A stretch of DNA of 64,000 bases from assembly GCA_963666205.1 (NCBI GenBank), contig OY762654.1, positions 2,592,001-2,656,000 of the forward strand. Reading direction: 5' to 3'. The notes beneath the pieces were generated by a model, which saw only the letters and a list, made by a program, of their open reading frames with translations, had not been told where the DNA came from and did not search any database. Positions 51,854 to 60,484 of the stretch are shown piece by piece. The DNA comes from Synergistales bacterium (GTDB lineage: Bacteria > Synergistota > Synergistia > Synergistales > JAFGMB01). Position 1 is the first letter of the stretch. Each line of letters begins with the position of its first letter. The translations under genes and the position numbers were made by a program.

Positions 51854-53638
51854 ATGGGGCAGAAAAAATTCAGATACAGTAAGCATAATCCGCTCAAAGA
51901 ACTTGTCATTGAAACTTTCGGGGATGAAAAGACAGAAGCGGAGAAAAAGGAAATAACTGATAATGACCAGAGATCGTCCAAGGATATCCCGGTAAGAATA
52001 AGGGAGAATCCATCAGAAAATCTTTCTGATTCTGAATCTGAGCACGAAAATCTTCCAGAGCCTTTTGCCAGGGATAATTCATCGGAAACGGCAGAAGAAA
52101 GTCAGTTTGAAACTGAAAGTGTTCCTGATAACAGGGGGAGTTCCGGATCGATTGAAGATGGTCCATCTCTTCCAGCTCCATCAGTGATCGCATCCTTTCT
52201 ACCTAATTCCATAAGTCTGGATTCCCTCCGTCAGTCCAGCATCCTGCCTATAAGGATAAACGAAAATGTTCTGACAGTTGCTGTGCCCACCATGGATCTT
52301 TATCCCAGTGCCCAGATGCTTGGAAGTGTTTTCGGAAGGGCAGTGGAGATAGAGATACATGATCAGCAGATGATAGACAGGATAATCAGGATTCTTTACG
52401 ATATCAGGAGTGGAGTAGCGGATGAAACGGTCCAGGCTGTCGAGGGGATAGAGGATATAAACGATCTGACAAGGGAGGATGTGTTGAGCGACTCTGTTGA
52501 TGTTCCTGTCATCAAACTTGTTAATGGACTTATTCTCGATGCAACCCGCCAGAGAGCGACAGATATCCATGTAGAACCTTATGAAGACCATGTTCAGGTA
52601 AGATTTCGTATTGACGGAGTCCTTCATGACAGGTTGCGTCTGCCAAGAACCCATCAGGCACCGCTTACAAGCAGGATTAAGGTAATGGCAAGGCTTGACA
52701 TAGCAGAACATATGATACCCCAGGATGGAAGGATCGGTATCACCATAGGTGGTCGAGCTGTAGATATAAGGATAGGGATTGTTCCAACCCAGCACGGAGA
52801 GAGAATTGCTCTGAGGGTTCTCGACAAGGCCCAGGGTGTATTGACGCTTGAAGAACTGGGGATGGCGAAAATTGAAAGAGAGAGCATGGATGAGCTCATA
52901 AGATCTCCACATGGAATGATCCTTTTTACCGGCCCTACAGGTTCGGGTAAGACCACCACTATGTATGCCATACTTCAGGCTCTTTCCAGACCGGAAGTGA
53001 ATATTATAACTGTAGAGGATCCTATAGAGTACGATCTGCCTGGAGTGGCACAGATACAGGTCAATGAAAAAGCAGGAGTGACCTTTGCTTCTGCTCTGCG
53101 ATCCATACTGCGACAGGATCCGGATATAGTAATGATAGGTGAAATGAGAGATTATGATACGGCTCATATTGGTGTACAGGCTTCACTTACCGGTCATCTT
53201 GTTCTCTCCACTCTTCACACAAATGATTCGGTGAGTGCGGTAATAAGATTGATAGATATGGGGGTAGAGCCCTACCTGGCCTCCGGGTCCCTTATCGGAG
53301 TAGTTGCCCAGAGACTGGTCAGAAGGATCTGCCCGGAGTGCAGGTATAGAATTGCCCCCCCTGCCATCATAAGATCCCAGGGGGTAGATACTGCATATAT
53401 GGGAAAGGGATGCGAACATTGTAAATGGACCGGTTATCATGGCAGGGTTGGTCTATACGAGCATTTTCTTGTAAGCAATGTTATTGCAGAGGCTATCTCT
53501 TCTTCCGCCCCGGCTTCGAGATTAAGAGAGCTTGCAAGGGAACAGGGTTTCAAAACTTTATGGGAAATAGGTCTTAATGCAGTTTCATCAGGTATAACTT
53601 CTCCGGAAGAACTTCTCCGCGTGACAGGAGAGGATTAA
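51854..53638 (+). CDS. gspE: T2SS assembly ATPase GspE with ~105-aa N-terminal extension
   Basis: ATDIHVEP, PQDGRI, GPTGSGKTT, TVEDPIEY, LRQDPDIVMIGEMRD, STLHTND, CPEC/CEHC. Confidence 0.96.
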   Translation: MGQKKFRYSKHNPLKELVIETFGDEKTEAEKKEITDNDQRSSKDIPVRIRENPSENLSDSESEHENLPEPFARDNSSETAEESQFETESVPDNRGSSGSIEDGPSLPAPSVIASFLPNSISLDSLRQSSILPIRINENVLTVAVPTMDLYPSAQMLGSVFGRAVEIEIHDQQMIDRIIRILYDIRSGVADETVQAVEGIEDINDLTREDVLSDSVDVPVIKLVNGLILDATRQRATDIHVEPYEDHVQVRFRIDGVLHDRLRLPRTHQAPLTSRIKVMARLDIAEHMIPQDGRIGITIGGRAVDIRIGIVPTQHGERIALRVLDKAQGVLTLEELGMAKIERESMDELIRSPHGMILFTGPTGSGKTTTMYAILQALSRPEVNIITVEDPIEYDLPGVAQIQVNEKAGVTFASALRSILRQDPDIVMIGEMRDYDTAHIGVQASLTGHLVLSTLHTNDSVSAVIRLIDMGVEPYLASGSLIGVVAQRLVRRICPECRYRIAPPAIIRSQGVDTAYMGKGCEHCKWTGYHGRVGLYEHFLVSNVIAEAISSSAPASRLRELAREQGFKTLWEIGLNAVSSGITSPEELLRVTGED

Positions 53639-53639
53639 T

Positions 53640-54788
53640 TTGCCACAGTTTGCTTACACTGCTTACGATAACAAAGGAAAAGTGAAAAAGGGTTTCATGG
53701 AAGGTTCAGCCTCTTCTGCTGTGATAGGACAGCTCGAAAGCAGGGGCTTCATTGTCGTTGAAGTCAACCAGATTGTAAAAACCAGGAAAAAGGGCAGGAT
53801 AAGATCCCTTCCTCTGGAAGCACAGGCCATGTTCTGTCGAAGTATTTCGTCATATCTTAAAAGCGGACTTTCTCTTACGGATACTCTTAAGCTTCTTGCC
53901 AAACAGTCTTCGGAGAAAAAGGTCTCTGATGCCTATGCCTCTATACTTGAAGAGATACAGGCAGGACGAAAGTTTTCTGTTGCTCTCGAGGATCTGGGTA
54001 TCTTCCGGGAAAGCCTGAGGCGAGTAGTGGAATCCGGAGAGCAGAGCGGAACCCTTATAGATGTCCTGAAGCAGACGGCAGATCAGCTTAAACTCGAAAT
54101 ATCTCTGAGGCGCAAAGTTCGAGCTGCCTTGACATATCCCATTGTTATGGTTTTTGTCGGTATTGGTGTTGTATCCTTTCTGTTAGCTTATGTGGTTCCA
54201 AAGCTGGCAGATCTTTTTGCAGACATGGGACAGGATCTTCCCATCCCCACCAGGATCCTGTTAACTTCCTCTGAAATTATTAAAACTGGAGCAATACCAT
54301 TTCTTATCCTGATCCTTATGGCATCTTTATACTTTCGCCGAAAGAAGAAAGACCTTCCCTTTTTTCGTAAATTAAGGGAAAAAATAACCATATCTGTGGT
54401 AACTTCCCAACTGGGTACACTTCTGGATTCAGGGATTCCCCTGGTTCAGGCCCTTCGCATGTCTGCTCCGATGGATCGCAGGGCGGAGAGATGGCTTCAT
54501 GTAGCAGGTCTTGTCAAAGAGGGTTACCGTTTTGATACGGCTCTTGAAAGGGAGGGTTCTTTTCCCGAAGAAATGCTATATATTATCCGTGTTGGAGAAA
54601 TGGGAGGGGATCTCTCGGGATCATTAAGACACATATCTGAAAATAACTGGGAGATCGCAGAGAGCCAGATGGAAAGGCTGGCTTCTCTTATAGAACCGGT
54701 AATGGTACTTTCTCTCGGTTTAATTGTCGGTTTTATTGTTGTAGCCATTTTGTTGCCTATCTTTGATCTATCAAGCCTAGTAAAATAA
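53640..54788 (+). CDS. gspF: T2SS inner-membrane platform protein GspF
   Basis: PQFAYTAYD..GK, SGEQSGTL, AALTYP, LPIPTRIL, VGEMGG.L, LIEP, AILLPIF. Confidence 0.95.
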   Translation: MPQFAYTAYDNKGKVKKGFMEGSASSAVIGQLESRGFIVVEVNQIVKTRKKGRIRSLPLEAQAMFCRSISSYLKSGLSLTDTLKLLAKQSSEKKVSDAYASILEEIQAGRKFSVALEDLGIFRESLRRVVESGEQSGTLIDVLKQTADQLKLEISLRRKVRAALTYPIVMVFVGIGVVSFLLAYVVPKLADLFADMGQDLPIPTRILLTSSEIIKTGAIPFLILILMASLYFRRKKKDLPFFRKLREKITISVVTSQLGTLLDSGIPLVQALRMSAPMDRRAERWLHVAGLVKEGYRFDTALEREGSFPEEMLYIIRVGEMGGDLSGSLRHISENNWEIAESQMERLASLIEPVMVLSLGLIVGFIVVAILLPIFDLSSLVK

Positions 54789-54837
54789 TATGGTCTTTAT
54801 CTTTTGCAGCCCGAAGAAAATAACAGGAGGTGTCTGG

Positions 54838-55272
54838 ATGTCCTTTCGGAAGAGCAGGTTTAGAGGGGGTTTCACCCTGGTTGAGATCCTGGTGGTCGTA
54901 GTCATACTTGGTTTGCTTGCAACCCTTGTTGCACCCAGAGTGATAGGAAGAGGAGAAGAGGCCAAAAGAACGTCTACCCTTGTTCAGATAAGGGAGATAG
55001 AACAGGCTCTGGATCTTTATAAACTGGATAATGGTTTTTATCCTGTAACAGATCAAGGTCTTGAAGCCCTGGTAACAAAACCGGCATCATCCCCTGAGCC
55101 TTTGAAATACAGGAATGAAGGCTACATGAAAAAAGTGCCCCTCGACCCTTGGGGAAGTCCTTATGTATACCGTTGTCCGGGAGATCATGGGGAATATGAC
55201 CTTTTCTCCTATGGACCGGATGCTGAGGAAGGTGGAGAAGGGAAGAACCAGGATATAACAAGCTGGGAATGA
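54838..55272 (+). CDS. gspG: T2SS major pseudopilin GspG
   Basis: GG-FTLVEILVVVVILGLLA, ALDLYKLDNG.YP...QGLEALV, DPWGSPY.Y, SYGPD; AGGAGG before ATG 54838. Confidence 0.96.
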   Translation: MSFRKSRFRGGFTLVEILVVVVILGLLATLVAPRVIGRGEEAKRTSTLVQIREIEQALDLYKLDNGFYPVTDQGLEALVTKPASSPEPLKYRNEGYMKKVPLDPWGSPYVYRCPGDHGEYDLFSYGPDAEEGGEGKNQDITSWE

Positions 55273-55724
55273 TACCTTCTAATGCCATCAAGGAGGGACA
55301 TGCGGGTTTTACCCTGGTAGAACTGGTTATCACCGTAGCCTTGATAGGGCTAATCTCCTTTACCCTTTTTCCGCGTATCACTACTGAAAGGGATAATAAT
55401 GAAACGCTTCTTCTCCAGAGATCTATTTACGAAGCCATGGATGTTGCATCCAGTGGTTATCCCCTCCGGTTCATCATCGATTTAAAGGGGAAACTTAAAG
55501 CAGAAGTTCTGGTGATAACTGAAGACCTGGGAGAACAATGGAATAAACTTGAACTTAAATGGCTTCCAGTAAATTCCGGATGGAAGTCAGAGGCTACTGT
55601 GTTCTATATCTATCCCGATGGAACATGTTCTCCCTGGCATCTTGTTCTTGAAAAGAAAGATTATAGAACGGTTTACCTGGTATCAGTGACCGGACATGTT
55701 TACGAAGTTAAAGGCTCGCCCTAG
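55269..55724 (+). CDS. gspH: T2SS minor pseudopilin, GspH-like
   Basis: AG-FTLVELVI, FYIYPDGTCSP; overlaps the gspG stop. Confidence 0.75.
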   Translation: MIPSNAIKEGHAGFTLVELVITVALIGLISFTLFPRITTERDNNETLLLQRSIYEAMDVASSGYPLRFIIDLKGKLKAEVLVITEDLGEQWNKLELKWLPVNSGWKSEATVFYIYPDGTCSPWHLVLEKKDYRTVYLVSVTGHVYEVKGSP

Positions 55725-55738
55725 GGCGAGCCTTTAAC
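55707..55738. terminator. Perfect 32-bp palindrome, probable bidirectional terminator between gspH and glnA
   Basis: GTTAAAGGCTCGCCCT/AGGGCGAGCCTTTAAC, centred on the gspH TAG. Confidence 0.8.
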
Positions 55739-55768
55739 AATGGAGGTATGTTGCAGGTCCCGTATGTA

Positions 55769-57877
55769 TCAGGAAATATTAAGGAGCTCTCTATATCTTG
55801 GGTAAGGCCAGATGTCGTGATCAATAATCCTTTCGCAGCTGTCACACATTTCTCTTATTGCAGAGAAAAGATCCAGTCCCTCCTCAGTGAGTACCTTTGC
55901 CTGTTCTTCCAGTTTAAGGGGCTGAACCCTGTTTCTCAGATCATCCAGTTTTTCAATTGAAGAGATAAGACCGGACTTGAGCCTCGTCAGCCTTCCGAGG
56001 TAGCCATTCCAGGGTTTCAGATCAAATTCTCCTTCAGGTACGGCACTTAGAGCCTTATTTTCGAGTGCCATCTGTTTGGATATGGCTGGAAGGATGCCTT
56101 CCCAGACCATCGAATCAAGCATTCCCATCTCGATGTCCAGAGTCTTTACATACTGTTCGAGTCGTATTTCATAGTATGCATCTATCTCTCTATCGGTCAT
56201 TATATTAAGGCTTGAAAGGAGTTCCCTGTATTCAGGAACGAGATAAAGTTCCAGAGCTTCAGGAGTAGTATTGGCCATGGTTAGACCCCTTTTCTTTGCT
56301 TCTTCAAGCCATTCTTCGGAGTAACAATTACCTTCAAATCGAATAGCACTGCTTTCCCGGGCTGCGAACTTGATGGAGTCAAGGGCAGCATCGATAACGT
56401 CAACTTCGTTCATTCGAGCCTCTATCTTTCCAGCTATCTCGTTAAGGCCCCAGGCCCATATTGCACATATCATTGTAAGAGGCCCCCCCATGGCTTGTGG
56501 AGCTCCCGGAGCGCGGAATTCGAACTTGTTACCCGTGAATGCCATTGGTGCAGTCCTGTTCCTGTCCGTATTATCCATTATAATTGCCGGGAGCCGGTTA
56601 AGGCCAAGGTCCATGGTGTTTTTAGTGGGAAGATCTTCTGGAAGTCCTTTCTCGATCTTATCAAGAAGGTCGGTAAGTTCCTTACCCAGGAATACGCTCA
56701 TGATAGCTGGAGGTGCCTCGTTACCTCCAAGTCTGTGCATGTTGCCAGGTGAAGCAATAGATGCCCTTAGTAGATCTATATACCTGGAGAGACCATATAG
56801 AAGTCCTCCGAGGAAAGTAAGGAACTGAACATTCCTTCTTGAATTGGTGGAAGGCTGAAGAAGGTTCCTTCCCTCACTGTCCATTATGGAAAAGTTTGTG
56901 TGTTTTCCGCTTCCGTTCAAACCAGCAAAGGGCTTTTCATGGAGAAGAAGGCTTAGATTATGTCTCCTGGCCATCTTTCGAAGAGTTTCCATGATAAGCT
57001 GGTTCTGGTCACAGCCCAGGTTTGCTTCTGTGAACTGCGGTGCGCATTCGAACTGGCAGGGAGCAACCTCATTGTGGCGTGTTGTCAGGACTACTCCAAG
57101 GCGGTAGAGATCCCTCTCTACATCTTCCATGAAGGACAATATCCTCGGGTGGATGGAACCGAAATAATGGTCTTCCATCTGCTGTCCCTTTGGAGGAGGA
57201 GATCCTATGATACTTCTTCCACAGAACTGTAGATCTGGTCTTTTCCTGGCGATATCGTTGTCTACCAGAAAATACTCCTGCTCCCCTCCCACTGTTACCT
57301 TTGCCCATTTAACCCCACGATTCCCGAAAAGTTTCAATACTCTCATGGCTGCCTCTTCGACTGCATTGAGAGATTTCATAAGAGGGGTCTTGGTATCCAG
57401 GGGAGTTCCGTCATAGGATATGAAAACAGAAGGTATACAGAGTGTCCCACCCTTTTTACTCTTGATTATATAGGCTGGACTGGTGGGGTCCCATGCAGTA
57501 TATCCCCGGGCCTCGAAGGTTGCGCGGAGACCTCCGGAAGGAAAAGAAGATGCATCCGGCTCACTCTGTACAAGTTCCTGCCCCTTAAAGGATTCAAGGG
57601 GTATTCCCGTTTCATCGACCGTGAGAAATGCCATATGCTTTTCGGCAGTGGCTTCTGTTCTTGGCTGGAACCAGTGGGTATAATGTGTTGCTCCGTTTGA
57701 GATAGCCCATTCCTTCATTGCAGAGGCTACCATATCTGCAATTCCGGGATCGAGTTTCTGGCCACCCTCAATTGAATCCAGCAGTTTTCTGAAAACCTCT
57801 TTTGGAAGTCTCTCCCTCATTACCTTTCTGTCGAAAACATTTACTCCGAAAATTTCCTTGGGTCTTTCGAAAGACAT
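55769..57877 (-). CDS. glnA: Glutamine synthetase type III (702 aa)
   Basis: GATHYTHWFQP, EPDASSFPSGGLRATFEARGYTAWD, HNEVAPCQFE, HEKPFAGLNGSGKH, DRNRT.P.AFTGNKFEFR. Confidence 0.96.
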   Translation of the reverse strand: MSFERPKEIFGVNVFDRKVMRERLPKEVFRKLLDSIEGGQKLDPGIADMVASAMKEWAISNGATHYTHWFQPRTEATAEKHMAFLTVDETGIPLESFKGQELVQSEPDASSFPSGGLRATFEARGYTAWDPTSPAYIIKSKKGGTLCIPSVFISYDGTPLDTKTPLMKSLNAVEEAAMRVLKLFGNRGVKWAKVTVGGEQEYFLVDNDIARKRPDLQFCGRSIIGSPPPKGQQMEDHYFGSIHPRILSFMEDVERDLYRLGVVLTTRHNEVAPCQFECAPQFTEANLGCDQNQLIMETLRKMARRHNLSLLLHEKPFAGLNGSGKHTNFSIMDSEGRNLLQPSTNSRRNVQFLTFLGGLLYGLSRYIDLLRASIASPGNMHRLGGNEAPPAIMSVFLGKELTDLLDKIEKGLPEDLPTKNTMDLGLNRLPAIIMDNTDRNRTAPMAFTGNKFEFRAPGAPQAMGGPLTMICAIWAWGLNEIAGKIEARMNEVDVIDAALDSIKFAARESSAIRFEGNCYSEEWLEEAKKRGLTMANTTPEALELYLVPEYRELLSSLNIMTDREIDAYYEIRLEQYVKTLDIEMGMLDSMVWEGILPAISKQMALENKALSAVPEGEFDLKPWNGYLGRLTRLKSGLISSIEKLDDLRNRVQPLKLEEQAKVLTEEGLDLFSAIREMCDSCERIIDHDIWPYPRYRELLNIS

Positions 57878-58266
57878 ATGGTTTTCACCTCGTTCTTTAG
57901 TATAGTCAGAAAAAGAATATTGCATTATATATCATGAATCTAAAAAACATGCAAGCAATTTCACAAAAAGAGTGTCTAGTAAACTGGATATCATGCAAAA
58001 AAGAATAAATAAAGCCAAATAAGCATGTTTACATTGTCGTAATTATAGATATATAAGTCTGGATATGATTCTTCTGAGTGATAAGAAAGGGAAATATATT
58101 TTCAATTCTCAAGAATGCGGGGTCTGTATCAATTTACAAACTACCATTTAGAATGTGCAGAATAAAAATAGAATCTTCTCTTTTATCAAGTTATCTTCTA
58201 TGGACATAAATTGATGTAAAATCTAAGATAGAAATAATATTCAATTTGATAGAGGAGTGGTCTTCC

Positions 58267-58632
58267 TTGTTATTGAAACGTGTTTTTACCTTCGATGCAG
58301 CTCATAATCTGACCTGTTATCATGGAAAATGTGAAGCCCTTCATGGGCATACCTATAAACTGGTTATAACTGTGAAGGGACAGCCCGATCAAGAGGGGAT
58401 GATAATCGATTTTCTGGAGATCAAGTCTTTAGTTTCCGAAAAGGTAATTCATAAACTTGATCATTCATACATCAACAAGATAATATCTCAGCCGACTGCA
58501 GAGAATATAGCCAAATGGATATGGGGAGAGATCGCTTCTGACCTGCAGAGGCCTAACTGTTCCCTTTGGGAAGTGGAAGTGTGGGAAACTCCCAGGAACG
58601 GGGCAGTACTCTCAAGGGAGGATATGGAATGA
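58267..58632 (+). CDS. queD: 6-carboxytetrahydropterin synthase / PTPS family with hybrid PTPS-I/III motif
   Basis: FDAAH, KCEALHGHTYKL, IDF, LDH, PTAENIA, WET; GAGGAG before TTG 58267. Confidence 0.9.
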   Translation: MLLKRVFTFDAAHNLTCYHGKCEALHGHTYKLVITVKGQPDQEGMIIDFLEIKSLVSEKVIHKLDHSYINKIISQPTAENIAKWIWGEIASDLQRPNCSLWEVEVWETPRNGAVLSREDME

Positions 58633-59405
58633 AAGATATCCAGAAAGAGCATGATCCCCGAAATATACCCATTGACAAGGTGGGTGTGAAGGATGTTTCC
58701 TATCCTGTAACTCTTCTTGATCCTGAATTCAAGGAACAGCAGACGGTAGCCAATGTGAGTATGGCCGTTTCTCTACCAAGGGATACAAGGGGAACTCATA
58801 TGAGCCGATTTATCGGTCTTCTCAATGAATTCCAGGGGAAGATAACCCTGTCCAACCTTGAGAATATGACTGATATCCTGAAAGAGAAACTAGAGGCAGA
58901 AAAGGCTGAAATTTCCTTCGTGTTCCCTTATTTTATTCAGAAAAGCGCTCCTGTAAGCGGGATATTGAGCTATTCCAGATATGATGTCACCTTCTGGGCT
59001 TCAAAGGAAGGATCCTCCTTTGATTTTATCCTTCAAGTTGTTGTTCCGGTTCAGACCCTTTGTCCCTGTTCTAAGGAAATAGCAGATACAGGAGCTCATA
59101 ACCAGAGGGCAGCAGTGACTATTGCAGTTCGAATGAGCAGTCTTGTATGGATAGAAGAACTCGTAAAAATTGGTGAAATCAGCTCTTCTGCCCCTTTATA
59201 CACTCTCCTGAAAAGGGAAGACGAAAAATACGTAACAGAGCTTGCCTATGGTAATCCCCGGTTTGTGGAGGACGTAGTCAGAGATGCAGCCCTGGCTCTT
59301 GATTCTGATGATCGCATTACATGGTACAGAATACATACCGTAAGCAATGAAAGTATCCATAATCATGATGCTTTTGCAGAAATAGAAAAATGGAAGAACG
59401 TTTAA
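58629..59405 (+). CDS. folE2: GTP cyclohydrolase IB
   Basis: IPIDKVGVK, RGTHMSRF, TLCPCSKEI, GAHNQR, LKREDEKYVTE, NPRFVEDVVR, ESIHNHDAFA; ATGA overlap with queD. Confidence 0.96.
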   Translation: MKDIQKEHDPRNIPIDKVGVKDVSYPVTLLDPEFKEQQTVANVSMAVSLPRDTRGTHMSRFIGLLNEFQGKITLSNLENMTDILKEKLEAEKAEISFVFPYFIQKSAPVSGILSYSRYDVTFWASKEGSSFDFILQVVVPVQTLCPCSKEIADTGAHNQRAAVTIAVRMSSLVWIEELVKIGEISSSAPLYTLLKREDEKYVTELAYGNPRFVEDVVRDAALALDSDDRITWYRIHTVSNESIHNHDAFAEIEKWKNV

Positions 59406-59485
59406 AACAATAGGAAACCAGGAAGAATATTCTTTTCTGAAATATCTTGTAGAACTCCACAAAAACGGTTTAAGAGGTGATATGG

Positions 59486-60448
59486 ATGAAAGTGCTCTTT
59501 GCAGGAAAACCCTTCGAGAGATTAATGGATGTGATAAAACCGGCCTTCAGATATCATGAGATAAGGATAGCCGATGACAAGGATCTTGCGAATGAGATCG
59601 GATGGGCAGAAGCTATCATTCTCCGCCCCATCCCTTTTGGAGAAAAGCTTTTATCAAGAGCACCTGAACTGATGCTTGCTCAACAGTGGGGAGTAGGAGT
59701 AGAGGGGCTGGATATTGAAGCCTGTACCAGACATAATGTCAGGGCTTGTAACGTTCCTTCAAGGGGTACGGGAAACGCCGAAGGAGTGGCCGAGATAGCT
59801 GTTTTACATATGATGCTTCTGGCCAGGAGATATGCCAGGGCAAGGGAAAAGCTTCTTCAGGGCAAAGTGTTTACTCCCCCTGGAATAACTCTATGGAAAA
59901 AGAAGGCTTGCGTTATAGGCCTGGGAAATGTTGGACATTGTGTCGTGGAGAGACTCAATGGACTGGGAATGGAAGTAGTCGGAGTAAACAGGGATCTTTC
60001 AAAGGGTTATGGGGATTGGGGGTTGAGAGCTCTTTTCCCTCTCGATGAAATCAATAAGGCAGTTCAGGGATGCAGGTTCGTTATTATCTGTCTTGCCCTT
60101 ACCCCTGATACTGAAGGGCTTATAGATGAAAAAGTGTTGCAGTCCATGGATAGGGGTTCCTTTTTGATCAATGTGGCCAGAGGTTCCATAGTCGACAGAA
60201 AATCTCTGGAAAAAGCATTGGAGGAACAATGGATAAGTGGTGTCGGTCTTGATGTCCTCTGGGAAGAACCCCCCAGAGTGGATGATCCCATCTTCAACGA
60301 TAGCAGGATCACCATCACTCCCCACATAGGTGGTGTGACAGATGCATCAATGGAAGGGGTTCTTGGTTTTATAGTAGAGAATGTTGACAGAGTAGCCTCT
60401 GGCAGGTTGCCGAAATCCTGTCTGAACCCTCCAACACCTGGGCAATAA
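59486..60448 (+). CDS. D-isomer-specific 2-hydroxyacid dehydrogenase family protein
   Basis: GVGVEGLD, NAEGVAE, IGLGNVG, INVARG, GLDV..EEP, TPHIGG. Confidence 0.9.
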   Translation: MKVLFAGKPFERLMDVIKPAFRYHEIRIADDKDLANEIGWAEAIILRPIPFGEKLLSRAPELMLAQQWGVGVEGLDIEACTRHNVRACNVPSRGTGNAEGVAEIAVLHMMLLARRYARAREKLLQGKVFTPPGITLWKKKACVIGLGNVGHCVVERLNGLGMEVVGVNRDLSKGYGDWGLRALFPLDEINKAVQGCRFVIICLALTPDTEGLIDEKVLQSMDRGSFLINVARGSIVDRKSLEKALEEQWISGVGLDVLWEEPPRVDDPIFNDSRITITPHIGGVTDASMEGVLGFIVENVDRVASGRLPKSCLNPPTPGQ

Positions 60449-60484
60449 AGTCATGGGATCTGCTGTTTTCGGGATGAATAGCGA

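Noticed and set aside
52199-53167. 322-aa antisense ORF, and similar ones at 39378..40229, 32257..32874 and 869..1486
   Set aside because: Shadows of well-conserved plus-strand genes, with no recognisable motifs
55707-55738. 32-bp perfect palindrome as a mobile or REP element
   Set aside because: Single copy between convergent genes; a bidirectional terminator explains it
57878-58266. preQ1 or glnA riboswitch in the AT-rich glnA/queD divergent gap
   Set aside because: No recognisable aptamer sequence or stem; looks like divergent promoter DNA
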